This document shows positions 28,205-43,064 of a stretch of 64,000 nt of DNA, piece after piece. Under the pieces are notes generated by a model. The model searched no databases, was not told where the DNA came from, and worked only from the letters and a program-made list of their open reading frames with translations. Numbering within the stretch: position 1 is the first letter of the stretch; each line of letters opens with the position of its first letter. The stretch is taken from the NCBI GenBank assembly GCA_964016885.1, contig OZ024758.1:11532001-11596000 (forward strand). Direction: 5' to 3'. The stretch comes from Eledone cirrhosa. Taxonomy: Eukaryota. A program made the translations under genes and the position numbers.

Positions 28205-28938
28205 CTTATCTCCCCCCTCTCTCCTTCCCCCTCTCTCTCTGTCTTTGTCTCTGTCTCTCTTAACTTCTCTCCCCCTCTCTCCTTCCCCCTCTCTCTCTGT
28301 CTCTGTCTCTATCTACCCCCCCCCTTTGCAGGAGACTACTCACAACATCAGTTTTAAATTTTCTACTTTGAATGCTAGAACAAATTTACTTGACAAGATC
28401 TCTTGCGGGTTTACATTATTTAAATATTTTGTGGAAGTGTCTTAATTTTTTCTTATATTTTATTAGTTCTTTTATCCTGTAATTTTCAATATAACTTTTC
28501 TTTCTTTAAAAATGTTTAGAGAGAAAATTCAGAGAAATGTGGCTACTATTTCTAGCAGATTCTGTGAATACGTATAGGCTTCCTCATTAGCTCTTATTAC
28601 CGCACCACTGAAAACCGCACCACTGATTATTCGCTACAACTGGTTTTCGTTAAGATTCAACTAAATCAAACTAAAATATCATGATATTTCGACATTTTCC
28701 CTTCCTTCAGAAAGAATCAAACGAATTTGAAGAAACAAGCTCGTTTACGTCAGAAAATGAAGTTAGCAGACATATCTACCAACTACCACCATCTATATAT
28801 ATCTTAACAACATTTGGCTAAACTCCATTAATAAAATGTGCAATCCTATTTATTTCTATACTTCTATACAAACTAAAGAAAATCTTACATAGATGTGACT
28901 GTTTGACTTTTGAATATGTCTCCCCCTCTCTCTCTCTC

Positions 28939-29080
<142 letters not shown>

Positions 29081-29273
29081 CATCATATATAAATCAGGAT
29101 GAATTCAGTTTGAAACTGTTTAGACCAGAGTACTCGATACACAGTACTCGATACTTGAGGTAGAAGATTATAGCTAGTTCCAGACGCCTGGAAACTAGTT
29201 GTTGAAACGGCAAGAGCTCAGCCGTTGGGGTCTCAACAATATACAATATATTTATATATATACATACACACAC

Positions 29274-29329
<56 letters not shown>

Positions 29330-29334
29330 TATAT

Positions 29335-29938
29335 GTCAAGATCACCAGTTGGTGCTACTGGTAACATGTATCCAAGTACAACCTGTCTCATTGTCGGGTC
29401 GTTGGCGACTAAACTGGCAACCCAACCAGGGTTTCTTGGTGAGGAGGGTGACTTTGGACATCCTGCAGGACTAAAAACAAAACCTGTCAAAGGGCAAAGG
29501 ACCTTAAGAGTCAATGGCCATCCAAAATCACCGGGAGAGATGACCCCTTAGCCTTTGTCAAGGCAGAATTCTAGAAGGAAAACTCTGATATAACACCTGC
29601 AACCCTGATGGTATCCAATAATGTTGACTTGTTCTTCTTTTTGGTAAATATTATCTTGGTTAAGGGAGTGGGACTGGCTTTGTGCAGTGCCTTTGCTCAC
29701 TATAAAAGCTTCACGGCACAGGCATTGCTTTATATCTGGAGATCTCTCTGCACTTGTCATCACATAGTGCCATGGGCCCAGCACTATGTGTCAGTAATTG
29801 TCACAGGTGTAGTGTTTGTACCAGAGTTTTCAAGTCGCTGGCTGGACTAAAAAGTCACACTCGTTCAGCGTATCGGTAGGGTTCTCCTACATGGTTATAA
29901 AGTAGTGGCCGTACTCGAAAACGAGTTGGCAGCCACCA
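29335..29938 (+). mobile_element. 3' end of a probable RTE-type retroelement between (TA)n tracts
   Basis: Encodes a C2H2-like CSVCTRVFKSLAGLKSHTRS near its end and terminates gcagccacca(ta)n. A rearranged copy lies at 52502-52876. Confidence 0.55.
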
Positions 29939-30807
29939 TATATATATATATACAGTGATATGTTGTGTTTGGAGGAAACGTAGATAAACTAAGAATATTT
30001 TTGTGACGTTAAATTTCTGAAATTATTTGGAAATCACTTGGTCGTGTGTATCGTGGTTTCATCAGAATTCAATGGAGACAGTGAATTCAAAATGAGAAAA
30101 CAGATAATCTGTAATATGATAGTAACTCACAAACTTCTCAACTTTCGAAATTTTAAGATTAATTGATAACGAATGTAATTCATTCTGTTGATAGCAAATC
30201 TGCATAAATAACCAGATAATTTGATTAGAAAAAAAGAAAAATATGAATATGCATAAATTTGATTTATCTGTATCTAATTTCATCCGTAAGGTTTGTATGA
30301 GTTCTCTCCCCACGCCCGGCCTCTCTAAAAAAAGAGGAGAAAAATCGGTTATAAACCACCCATTTGAAAGGAATTCAATTGTGTAGCTTTTATTAATATA
30401 TTATTTGATTTTTGTTGAGATAGTTGTTGAGAGTTTCATTTGGTTCGTTGCTGATAGGAAGCAATCAATGGAATGTAAATTAGGTTAGAAACATGTTCTG
30501 CTTGTATATTTGAAATTATAAGTTACCTGACAGGCGAAATATAATATATGCAATTAATTATAAACAGAAAGCATTAAAAGGCCTATGTGAAATTAAACTG
30601 AAAGCTGGTTTACTAAATGTACAAAGATATTTCCAATCCACTCATATAATCTTACGCATATGACATTAAGTAGTAAATATTATGAATGGACAAGTGATCA
30701 ACCTTGTCTTATTTTAAGTAGGGAATATATGAAATCTTTGAACAGATTATCCTCTTTGTCAACACCTCCTATCTCTCTATCTCTCATATATATAAATATA
30801 TATATAT

Positions 30808-32178
30808 AGTAATAATAATAAATTTGAAGACTAAAATCCAAAGAGAGCTCGATAAGGTTAAACATATATCAAATAAGAACCGTAGAGCAAATATTTATTA
30901 AAAAGAATCGCTGCTTTCACCCTTAACGGGATCTTCTGAAACTAACAAAGTCAATCTGTGAACGCAGAAGTGAATATTTCAAAAAACGTTGCAACCGGTG
31001 GAAGACAGGAAGACGATACTTTGGTTCGTGGGAACGTTCCCTGACAAAGAACGGGAAAAAACGAATATAATACGTCATTATTTGGAGCGGGGAAAAACAA
31101 CATGGCTATAAAACTGAGGCTTGTTTGCAAAATTGCAAACGAATCGAATATTATTATTAATATTCGAAAAACTTAGATTACATTTATATATATATATACA
31201 TAAATAAATAAATAAAGATCGGAGATCAATTTTAGTCTACGACTTCTGCTATACCATTTACGTGGTTTTGTCTTTGCGTGCTATTGTTCTCCACGATCCA
31301 CATATGACTTATTATCTTCGTTTTTTCGTTCATTGCCAGAGAACGTCTCTATGCACCACCTAAGAGAACATTAGTCTACGACCTCTTTTATACCATAAAC
31401 GTGGTTCTGTCTTTGCGCGTAATTGTTTTTCACCGCTCCTATTAATGACGTATTATTCGTTTTTTCCCGTTCTTTGCCAGCGAACGTTACCACGAACCAA
31501 AGTATCGTCTTCCTGTCTTTCTTCGGTTGCAACGTTTTTTGAAATATCCAGTTCTGCGTTTACAGATTGACTTTGTTAGATTCAGAAGATCCCGTTAAGG
31601 GTGAAAGCAGCGATTCTTTGCTTAAACTTTAATCTGTTATTTTAATAAATATATATATATATATATATGTAATCTAAGTTTTTCGAATATTAATAATAAT
31701 ATTCGATTCGTTTGCAATTTTGCAAACAAGCCTCAATTTTATAGCCATGTCAGGAGAATGAACACTTCATTCTTGCTCTGGCTCTAACATTTAGGCTTGT
31801 TTGCAAAATTGCAAACGAATCGAATGTTATTATTAATATTCGAAAATAATATCATTCGATGGATTGGCAGTGTCGGTAGAGGGTCGGACGCCATGCTTTG
31901 ACGCGTAGAGTTACGGCTCTTGCCGTTCTGAGTTCAAATCCCGCCGAGGTTAACTTTGCCTTTCATCCTTACGGCGTCGATAAAATAAAGTACCAGTAAT
32001 ACACTGGGTATTTGCAGGCCTTGTGCCAAAAGTAGAAACAATTATTAATATTCGAAAAACTCAGATTACATTTATCGTATTCAGCCATATATATATATAT
32101 ATATATTATTTATATATATATAAATATATTACTATATTTATATATATATAAATATATTACTATATTTATATATATATT

Positions 32179-32228
<50 letters not shown>

Positions 32229-32514
32229 AATATATATTAATATATTTATATATATATAAATATAGTAATATATTTATATATATATATATATATAAGAACA
32301 TTTCGTTCTACATGGATGAATACAATAAATGTAATCTGAGTTTTTCGAATATTAATAATAACATTCGATTAGTTTGCAATTTTGCAAACAAGCCTCAATT
32401 TTATAGCCAGAGCAAGAATGAAGTGTTCATTCTCCTGACATGGCTATAAAATTGAGGCTTGTTTGCAAAATTGCAAACGAATCGAATATTATTATTAATA
32501 TTCGAAAAACTTAG

Positions 32515-32516
<2 letters not shown>
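30808..32516. repeat. nested inverted-repeat complex (Penelope-like termini)
   Basis: 30902-31100 is inverted at 31423-31620. An about 85-bp module occurs at 31101(+), 31668(-), 31795(+), 32330(-) and 32441(+). Confidence 0.85.
31858..32047 (+). mobile_element. SINE family A inserted in a palindrome arm
   Basis: Family A consensus. attattaatattcgaaaa is duplicated on both sides (about 31830 and 32041). Confidence 0.88.
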
Positions 32517-32570
<54 letters not shown>

Positions 32571-32788
32571 AAAGTTCTATTTAAAATTGTTGGGATACAA
32601 CAAGTAAATATTTTTATAACTGATATAAAGCACTCGACAAGTATTTGGAGTAGATATAGTTATTTGTAAAACTGTTATATATTGTATTTTGTCTGATGGA
32701 GGCATACCATAATTTAATTTGGTATCCCTGAAATATGTATAATGAAATAAATATGGTTTTATAAATCTAGTTTCCATTTATTAATATC

Positions 32789-32864
<76 letters not shown>

Positions 32865-32870
32865 TGTATA

Positions 32871-33610
32871 TATTGTTGTACCACAATTCAGGAATGTTTC
32901 CTTTCAATGAACCAATTCGATAGATTTCTTTACAAAAACAAATAAAACAAAAAGTATTGTAAAATAGATAGAATTTTGAAATGAAGAATCTTCTGGTTAA
33001 ATGGTTTAATCATTTTGATAGCAAACCACCTGAAGCCACTTCTTATGCTATCATGTGTGTGTATACGTATATATATAAATGATATAAGTGATATTTTGTC
33101 GACACACATATTAAAGTTATTTTCCTAACAATATCTTCTCCACAATTACTTACAACTACTTGCTTTAACCTTCTTATAATCGTAATTGTAATGATTTTTA
33201 ATCAATTTGAAATACTCTAGAATTGGTAGGGTGTCAATAAAATACCCAACTTTCTCATTAGTAACCTGATATCTCGAAAGTAATTTACCAAATATTCAAA
33301 CCTCATGTGGTCATTCCATGAGAGTATCTTAGTCATCTTATGAACTTTCCAGCCAACCCTCGTACAAAACGTTCTAATGGAATGTTTTTCAACTAGATAT
33401 AGGCACTTTATAACAGACAGTTTTGTATGATAGCATAAGAAGTGGTTTCAGGTGGTTTGCTATCAAAATGATTAAACCATTTAACCAAAAGATTCTTCAT
33501 TTCAAAATTCTATCTATTTTACAATTCTTTTTGTTTTATTTGTTTTTGCAAAGAAATCTGTCGAATTGGTTCATTGAAAGGAAACATTCCTGAATTGAGA
33601 TGCAACAATA
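32871..33610. repeat. about 183-bp inverted repeats with a 370-bp spacer
   Basis: 32871-33054 is the reverse complement of 33428-33610 with scattered mismatches. Confidence 0.92.
33301..33364 (-). mobile_element. Tc1/mariner terminal sequence
   Basis: Minus strand reads TA-CGAGGGTTGGCTGGAAAGTTCATAAGATGAC..., a mariner-type TIR start at a TA. No partner TIR seen. Confidence 0.55.
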
Positions 33611-34175
33611 ACCTACAGTTCTGAAGAAATAGTTTTATGTCACATGATATCTATCCTTTCTTGTGCGCATCAAAGTAACGTCGAAAGAAAGGTTTTTTCT
33701 GAATGAAAACATTCGCCATTACTAGAAATAAATTTATTAAGTGGATAAATCGTGTTTACTTTTATAGATTATCTCAAGCATGCTGTATCTTTGTATTTAT
33801 ACTGTTTACAATTTTCTATTAATAAAGTATCCACAGTTAACCTCTATTTGCAGGATTCTATATATTATGCCTGTGTTATCAGTTCTGGTTGTTCTGTTTA
33901 ACTTAGTTAGGTTTTACATTTTATAAATTGGTGTAATTGTTCGTCGGTGTAACCTTCATGAAACAGAGGCTTAAAATATTTTTGAACGTTAATGGGTATA
34001 GGTAAGAATTGTTCCAAACTAAGCAGAAATAGGATTAAACAGTAACACAACCATATCTTCAATATAACATTTGAATGGCTAGCTAATGTAATATATATAT
34101 ATATGTATATATGCAAAAGGTAAACAGTACAATGAAGAAATATATTAGTTTAACGCTTGATGTAGTAGGAAAATA

Positions 34176-34213
34176 GTTTTGACGTTTCAGACACTAGTTC
34201 GTCATCAGAAGAC
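34176..34213 (-). ncRNA. minimal type I hammerhead-like motif, degenerate stem II
   Basis: Minus strand GTCTT-CTGATGA-CGAACTAGTGTCT-GAAA-CG-TC-AAAAC. Confidence 0.5.
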
Positions 34214-34516
34214 AGAATGAGAAATAACAGATGAAATAGAAAGATAGAGTGCAAAGAGGAAGGAACGGAAAAAGCTTTTATTTTTAGAAAAAAACACATG
34301 TTTATTCAGTCAGCCATTTTGGAGAAATCTGTTATATATATATATATATATCTATTTTGGAGAAATCTGGTATATATATATATCAATATATATATATCAT
34401 ATCTTGATAAGCAGAACCGGCGTAGAAACGTTAGTAAGTTTAGAATTAGTAGACCCCATATACTAAAATAGAGGCTTGGCATCTAAACCACCAAAAGATG
34501 TTCTCTAAAGTAAAAA

Positions 34517-34684
34517 TAATTGTTTCTACTTTTGGCACAAGGCCAGCAATTATACCAGTACATTACTGGTACTTTATTTTATTGACCCCGTAAGGATGAT
34601 AGGCAAAGTTAACCTCGGCGGGATTTCAACTCAGGTCGTAAAGGGCCGTAACTCTATGCTGCAAAGCATGGCGTCCGACCCTCT
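34517..34684 (-). mobile_element. SINE family A
   Basis: Reverse complement of the family A consensus. Confidence 0.88.
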
Positions 34685-35811
34685 AGTAACACTTCATTCT
34701 TCCGATGTGATATGGAAAACTCTGATATAATATAGTCTTACTGATAGAGTAAATAATTCGTTTTGATTCAAACTATTGTAGGTATTGAATAACTTTTACT
34801 AGAATCTTAGCGTAAATAAATTGAAATGAATACTTTCTGTATATATCTACGTGTAAGAAAAACGAATGCTGTTTGTATGGTTTAAAGAAACACAGAATCC
34901 AGACTAGTTTTTGTAAATAATTGCTCAATGTTTTATAATAAAATGGAGATCATTAGCATTGTTGATGTATTTTTTTATGACTAAGAAAACATTTAACGCT
35001 TGTTTTCGATGATTCAATCATTCATTATGAATCAAATTCCAAATTGACTCGATTGTCATTTGAAATAACGAAAGTGTTTATATATATATATTTTTTTTTT
35101 ACATTCAATGTTTATATGTTTTGTAGTATCCGCTATATTTTCTTCCTACTCAGCTGCACTGGAATTGGGAATACAACAGATTTTTGTTATTTTTTGAATG
35201 GCTGAAATTACTCTTTCACAATGTAATGGCTTCAGTTTCAACACACAATCCTATGTATGTATGTATGTATGTATGTATGTATGTATGTATGTATGTATGT
35301 ATGTATGTATGTATGTATGTATGTATGTATGTATGTATGTATATAAGTATGTGTTTTCTATGTGATTTCCTATGTGATTTCCCCCAAAACAATTCAAAAG
35401 TTAACAAACAACAGAAAGTTTTCCCGATACAATAAAAATAAACCTTTTGTATTATTAAAAACCTGTCAAGCTTACCAAAATATTTAATAAAATCTATTAA
35501 CAAAAATATAACAAAAACAATATTTGTTTTGCCCATCATTTTGTATAACAAAGTGTAATATATTTTGACAGCGAGACACACTAACCCAAGTTGCTTTTGT
35601 AAATTATTCAATGTTTTATAATGTATTGATGATCATTAGTTTTCTTAGTGTAAAGTGTTTTTTTAAGGCTTACGAAGAATTAAACAATGTTATGTTTACT
35701 ATATGTTTGCTAGTCTATAACTTAGTTACATTGTTAGCAGAAATCACGCAGTGCTCTCTTTAGACTTAATGTTATGATTGCACAGAATAGGTAAGTTAAA
35801 TACATAAATAA

Positions 35812-35970
35812 TAATTGTTTCTACGTTAGACACAAGGCCAGCAATTACCCAGTGCATTACTGGTACTTTATTTTATCGACCCCGTAAGGATGAAAGGCAA
35901 AGTCAACCTCGGCGGGATTTGAACTCAGATCGTAAAGGGACGTAACTATGCTGGAAAGCATGGCGTCCGA
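35812..35970 (-). mobile_element. SINE family A
   Basis: Reverse complement of the family A consensus. Confidence 0.88.
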
Positions 35971-36005
35971 CATAAATAATAATGCAAACAAATATAAATA
36001 TACAT

Positions 36006-36141
<136 letters not shown>

Positions 36142-36236
36142 ATGATATGTATGTGTAGGTATATATATATGTATAGAAAGAGAGATATGTACATGTATAT
36201 ATATATATACACATATCTCTCTCTCCATACATCTTC

Positions 36237-36275
<39 letters not shown>

Positions 36276-36397
36276 TCTCTCTCTCTATATATATATATAT
36301 ACATGTGTGTTTATGTGCGTGAGTGTGTGTAAAGTGTCAAACATAATACATACAGACACACATTATCTCTCTCTCTCACACACATACACTTACACAC

Positions 36398-36442
<45 letters not shown>

Positions 36443-36611
36443 CATTTAAATAAAATAAAATATTAAATGCTTTTCTTCCTTTTAAGAAGTTATTTTAAAT
36501 ATCACTTATTAATATTAATCACGTAATCTGCTCTTTCTATTTATTCACCTGCAACCTCCCATATATTAGTGTTTGCAATAATCTTTTAATAACCTCATCT
36601 CTCTTATCCTC

Positions 36612-36773
36612 GCTTTTATATTCGCTTATTCACTCATTTATATTCGCTTTTATATTCGCTTATTCATTCATTTATATTCGCTTTTATATTCGCTTATTCA
36701 TTCATTTATATTCGCTTATTATATTCGCTTATTATATTCGCTTATTATATTCGCTTATTATATTCGCTTATTC
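36612..36773. repeat. ttatattcgctta-based short tandem repeat
   Basis: 12-13-bp units and a 33-bp composite unit. Confidence 0.85.
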
Positions 36774-36880
36774 ACACATTTTCTGCTCTCTTTGACATGT
36801 TATTTCAACCCTCTCAATCATGATATAGTAAGTATATATACAAAATATAGCAAAATTATTATTATTATTACTTTAAAATG

Positions 36881-37178
36881 GGCGGTGAATTGGCAGTATC
36901 GGTAGAGAGTCGGACGCCATGCTTTGCAGAATAGAGTTACGTCTCTTTACAGTCTGAGTCCAAATCCCGCCGAGGTTAACTTTGCCTTTCATCCTTACGG
37001 GGTCGATAAAATAAAGTACCAGTAATGTACTGGAGTAATTGCTAGCCTTGTGCCTAAAGTAGAAACAATTATTACTTTAAAATGGCGTTGGATTGGCAGT
37101 ATTGGTAGAGCTGCGGACACCATGCTTTATAGCATATAGTTACGGCCCTTTACATTTTAAAGTTCAAATTCCGCCGTG
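36881..37178 (+). mobile_element. SINE family A, full copy followed by a second 5' half
   Basis: 36881-37073 is full length and 37084-37178 is head only. Both are preceded by attattactttaaaatgg. Confidence 0.88.
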
Positions 37179-37269
37179 GCTGAGCATTTGTATTGTCTGG
37201 GGTATCTATGTTGGTTTGACTCTGTGGTATTCGCTTACTATTGTTGTATTCTTGAATGGAGGCTGATAT

Positions 37270-37334
<65 letters not shown>

Positions 37335-37460
37335 TAACAGATTAAAATAACAGATTAAAGTTTAAGCAAAGAATCGGTGCTTTCACCCTTAACGGGATCT
37401 TCTGAAACTAAAAAAAATCAATCTGTGAACGCAGAAGTAAATATTTCAAAAAACGTTGCA

Positions 37461-37565
37461 AAGGATGAAAGGCAAAGTCAACCGCGGCGGGATTTGAACT
37501 CGGATCGTAAAGGGACGTAACTATGCTGGAAAGCATGGCGTTCGACCCTCTACCGATACTGCCAA
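37461..37565 (-). mobile_element. SINE family A, 5' half
   Basis: aaggatgaaaggcaaagtcaac...ctctaccgatactgccaa. Confidence 0.85.
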
Positions 37566-38328
37566 AGAAATTGACCCACACTTCTTAAGACATGTGTATT
37601 TTAATTCTTTCAAACATATTACAAACTATTTCTTTTACAGTCAATAAAGAATGTATAAACCATTCCTTTAAACGATCTCTTAAAGTTAAGAACGTTGGAA
37701 AATGAGAAGATTGAATGAAAATAAATTATTATGCTAACTACAATGGACATATGATATATTTAATTTGTTATCTATTCCGCTGGTATAATCTCAAATTGTA
37801 ATTTTAATAATAACATCTCTAAAAAACAACAACAACACACCCAAAAGAAAATATAAATTTCCATTATTAAAAACTTTGTTATTTCTGAAACAAATCAAAT
37901 TGCCAATAATCAGTAGAGAGTCATACTTTAACAACGCATGTGTTTTATTACAAATTCCTGTAGATATATCTAGAGATATAATACTATCTACTGTGATATT
38001 AACACGAAGACATAACATGAAACAATTTATGTTCTGCACGAAGCGTTGTGTAATGTTTAAAGACATAGAGTTAAATCTTCCAGCGTCTTGTAATTAATTT
38101 TTGATCAATAAATCTGTTGATGTTGATGAATATTTAGATACTGAAGTTAGACGTGTATCATATTTTATCTGTATTCCAGCATTCCAGCATTCATTCTATC
38201 CTCAATAATAACATAATTGTAATATATACAGGTAATATACAAATACATACAAATATATATATATATATATATATATGCACCTGTATGTCTCTGTACCGCT
38301 ATTCTGAATCATATATATATCATATATA

Positions 38329-38364
<36 letters not shown>

Positions 38365-38367
<3 letters not shown>

Positions 38368-38555
38368 AACGATCGAATTTCGTCAAATCGGACCGAGGTA
38401 ACAAGGTTTCCGCTGGTCTTTCCAGTTGCTAGTATTATATATCGGTTGCAACTCCAGGTAGAAGGAGCAACGTGAAATAAAGTGTCCAGGAATCGAACTC
38501 ACAACCTCAAGATTGCGAATCCAATTCTCTAACCACTCAGCCACACGCCTTCACA
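38365..38555 (-). mobile_element. SINE family B
   Basis: gagcaacgtgaaataaagtgtc...ggaatcgaactc...ctaaccactcagccacacgccttcac. Confidence 0.8.
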
Positions 38556-38585
38556 TAATATATATATATATATATACACAGACAT

Positions 38586-38630
<45 letters not shown>

Positions 38631-38635
38631 GACAT

Positions 38636-38678
<43 letters not shown>

Positions 38679-38682
38679 TATA

Positions 38683-38721
<39 letters not shown>

Positions 38722-38725
38722 GGGA

Positions 38726-38760
<35 letters not shown>

Positions 38761-39304
38761 CACAAGTATTATGGCGTGATAACTGGACTGCATTATGCTG
38801 TTCAATGGAAATGTACCCAGAATTAGTCTCACGTTTATAAACAGCCCTGAGTATTAAATAGTGAAATCAACTGAGAAATATTTCAGTTGATATGTAACAA
38901 GAAATAAACTATTAATAAACTTTGAGTATATAGACTCACACACACACGCACACACACGCACACGCACACACACACATACACCCACACATACACACACATA
39001 CACACACAGACACACACAGATATATATAGTCTTCAAATTTATTATTATTATTATTGTTATTATTATTATTATTATTATTACAGTTGCATTTATCTTGCCT
39101 TATGTTCATACGAGTTATCACCAAGTCACAACCAGTGACCTCAAGAGACAACAAGAAAGAACATACATACACACACATCCATTATTATTATTATTATTGT
39201 TCTTGCCTTATGTCATACGAGTTATCACCAAGTCACAACCAGTGACCTCAAGAGACAACAAGAAAGAACATACATACACACACATCCATTATTATTATTA
39301 TTAT

Positions 39305-39632
39305 TGTTCTTTGAGTCGCAGTCATTGATGTTAGTTAACTGGAAAGTTTGTTGAAATGAATATCAAGCCACTACCTGCATCCTCAGATATTCAGGACGTA
39401 TCGGAGGGTTCTTGCTGTTCCCAGCAAGCATGCCTTTTGAAGTGTTCCAAAAACCGGACGGGACCAATTTTCTTTAACCATCCTTAGAAACCTTTTGAGA
39501 TAGTACCTAGTGCGCCTATGACAATCGGGACCACTTTGACTTCATGGCAGTTCCAAATCCTTTTTACCTCCCACTTTAAGTCCTGGTATCGGTTAATTTT
39601 CTCCCTCTCCTTCTCTTGCACTCTCGTGTCGA
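39305..39632 (-). mobile_element. Dong/R4-clade LINE 3' end embedded in (TTA)n
   Basis: Minus strand DTRVQEKEREKINRYQDLKWEVKRIWNCHEVKVVPIVIGALGTISK. Same family as 12505-12770, with (TTA)n on both sides. Confidence 0.88.
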
Positions 39633-39692
<60 letters not shown>

Positions 39693-39736
39693 TAATGCAC
39701 TGGGTAATTGCTGGCCTTGTGCCTAAAGTAGAAACA

Positions 39737-39811
<75 letters not shown>

Positions 39812-39893
39812 TGTAAATATAGATAAGCATGTTATATCTATATCTTTATATATATATACATATATTCACATACATATACATATATTCATATTC

Positions 39894-39949
<56 letters not shown>

Positions 39950-40519
39950 GGAGAGAGATTATATGTGTGCATGTGAGTATAATCTTAATTTTCAGGCAAT
40001 CTGTTACTATATGAATGTCTTGCCAATTGCATGTGTATCTATCGTTGCCACCATTACTCCATCACCACTTCAAAATCAGAATCCTGATATTCCTCGTCAC
40101 TATTCAGTTAATCTTGCAATTGGCACTTCATTTGAAACAGTTGAAGCATTCAGTAATTAAATTCTGCCTTCTAAACTAACGAAAATAATAATAAAATGAT
40201 AAAGAAATGGAACGACTTAATACAGCGCTCTGTTGAAATTCTTTAGAATAATTTCGTCTGCTTATATAATTATATATTCTGTTAATATCATGTACTGTCT
40301 CTAAATGTTATTACACATAGCAGAGTATCTCATGGAAAATATTTAGATTGTTTAATGAAAGGTTTATGCAATATATGTTTTCGTTCTTTTTCTTCTTTTG
40401 TTTTCTTCTTGATCTGAAATTCAGAATGATCGAATTAGTTTTTTCCACAATACTAGTCGTATATTTGATTGTACAAGTTGTGAATATATCGAACAGTGAA
40501 TGTCAGGAGTGACGAAGAT

Positions 40520-40835
40520 AATGGAATGAGGCTAAATTTGCCGACTAAGACCTCGACCAGGATCCTACATCTAAACCAGCCACCTTTGACCTTCCCAGAA
40601 TGCAATGGGTGTCCCTTAATCTGATCCACACAACACATGCCAAAACACCCCATCATCTCCATCGATGGAAAATGTAAGACAGCCGAGGATGTGGCTGTAG
40701 GGACTCGGACCTGACAGTGCTGCACGTTGTTCGAGATTGCCTCCCCGGACTCAGAGATTTTCCCGCTGGCCTGAAGTTAATCCATGATATTACAAATGAT
40801 GCTTTAGTTTCGCTTACCAATCCCGGTCTGTCTCT
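40520..40835 (+). mobile_element. decayed I-group (Ingi/Vingi-like) LINE ORF C-terminus
   Basis: Translates with stops as FDLPRMQWVSLNLIHTTHAK..HLHRWKM*DSRGCGC..DLTVLHVVRDC, resembling the LPR..W..LNR.RT..W...C.C...T..H...C zinc-knuckle tail. Confidence 0.6.
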
Positions 40836-41963
40836 CTAACCATTGTGCATATGTCATACGAGAAGAAGAAGAATCATGTTGTTAAGGAGATTGAATTCGC
40901 ATTATTCTGAAACAATCTCTCTGAGTGGTACCTTAGCCAACTATATTTTACCATATTCTATACTCGACCCATGTCCTCTGCTTGAAATTGTCATAACAGA
41001 AATAACGATAACTTCTCCCCAGACTGCACATGTTCTTTGGAATCTGGCGTTCATTCATCATAAGTCCACAATATAAGTACCAGTAATATCTTACTGTTAG
41101 TTCAATCAATCATATACACTTCTCCACACACTCATACCCTTTATTCATAAAATGAATCAAAGTATTGAGCATGATAAATTCTGTATTAGATTGATTAGCT
41201 GTTAAATCTAAATTACAGAACTTTTAATACATTGAGTTAAAACATTGAGTGAAATGTATTTTGTCATGTTGATTGATTATTCCAACACTTCAAAATATAT
41301 TTTCCAGTTTTATTCTGGACTGTTTTTCAATACAGTTTAACGTTTTCTCTATACATCCTAAAATCAATAACTCGATGAATTTAGAATTAAATTATTATGG
41401 TGGCAAAACATATATATAATAGAAATAAAATAAACAAAACATAAAAAAAAACAGGCAAAAAAAAAAAGAACAGTGACAAGAAAGGAAAAAATGTCATCCT
41501 TCATGTTAATGTTCAATTCTCTATTAAATGACAGACGTAGCTTCTTCGAAGAGATCTTCATTGTTATATTTCTGGTGTTTTCTAAATAACACCAGGCCCA
41601 TGTATTTTATTAAACTTCGTTATGGTATCACCCCTAAGTCGCTTGGAATTTCAAATCCAAGCGAATACTGCATTAACTTTAACTTTAAAAAATACGTAGC
41701 TTGTAAAAATATTTAAGGAGCTGTTGTTTGGATCAATAGGAAAGCGTGAGTGATTGTGGTTCTACTTGATCTGTAAAACAGTTTCAGTTTAGTATTGGTG
41801 AGACTTAATGTGATTAGCATATTGTTTATGGATCAACTGATGAGGTATTGTGAGTTGTTTCAATGAATTTTAGGAATTAACTGTTGATAGTCGCACACGG
41901 TAACTGTTGGCTTTAAAACATTGATTCATATTCACACAATTCCAGATTCACTTTAGACTTTAG

Positions 41964-42182
41964 ACCTTCTATATTATGTGTGGATCGACTAAAGACACAT
42001 GCATTATATGTGGTAGACGGAGGCTGGGCTGAAGACCTCCACATCTACATATATATATATACACACACACATATGCAGTACTTCAGAAAAGTACCTTCTA
42101 TATTGCCTGTGGATCGACTAAGGACACATAAGATATATATGGTAGACGAAGGTTGTGCTGAAGACCTTCTCATCTACATTAA
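41964..42182. repeat. diverged direct duplication of about 85 bp
   Basis: ccttctatatt...tggatcgactaa...gctgaagacct..catctacat occurs twice. Confidence 0.8.
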
Positions 42183-42263
<81 letters not shown>

Positions 42264-42663
42264 ATACATTTAAAAAGTTTCTAAATATGTAAATCCACAC
42301 ACGTATTTTAATAAGGTAAACTGACTAATTAAATGATATAATACTTCCAAAACAACCTAAGTCCGACATACACAAGTGTGCGCCAAAACACCTGTTTATT
42401 GACAGTTAACGCCCAACGTTGTTCACCTAATTCCCAGGTACACCAGTCCAGACAGTGGCTAGAAAGATATCGTAAGATGCCTGCAAATTCAGAATAAAAC
42501 CATCTGGCCTAATTATCATACTTATAAACTCGAAATATTTCACCTGTAAAAAGTACAATACTGAATGTACATATATATATTATATATGCGTGCGCGTCCG
42601 CGTGCGTGTGTGTATGTGAGTGTGTGTGTGTGAGTGTGCGTATTTGTGTGTGTGTGAGTATGT

Positions 42664-42709
<46 letters not shown>

Positions 42710-42750
42710 TGTATATATATAAATACACACACACACACATATATATATAC

Positions 42751-42781
<31 letters not shown>

Positions 42782-42810
42782 CACACACATATATATATAT
42801 ATATATATAA

Positions 42811-42894
<84 letters not shown>

Positions 42895-42906
42895 ATACAT
42901 ACATAC

Positions 42907-43064
<158 letters not shown>

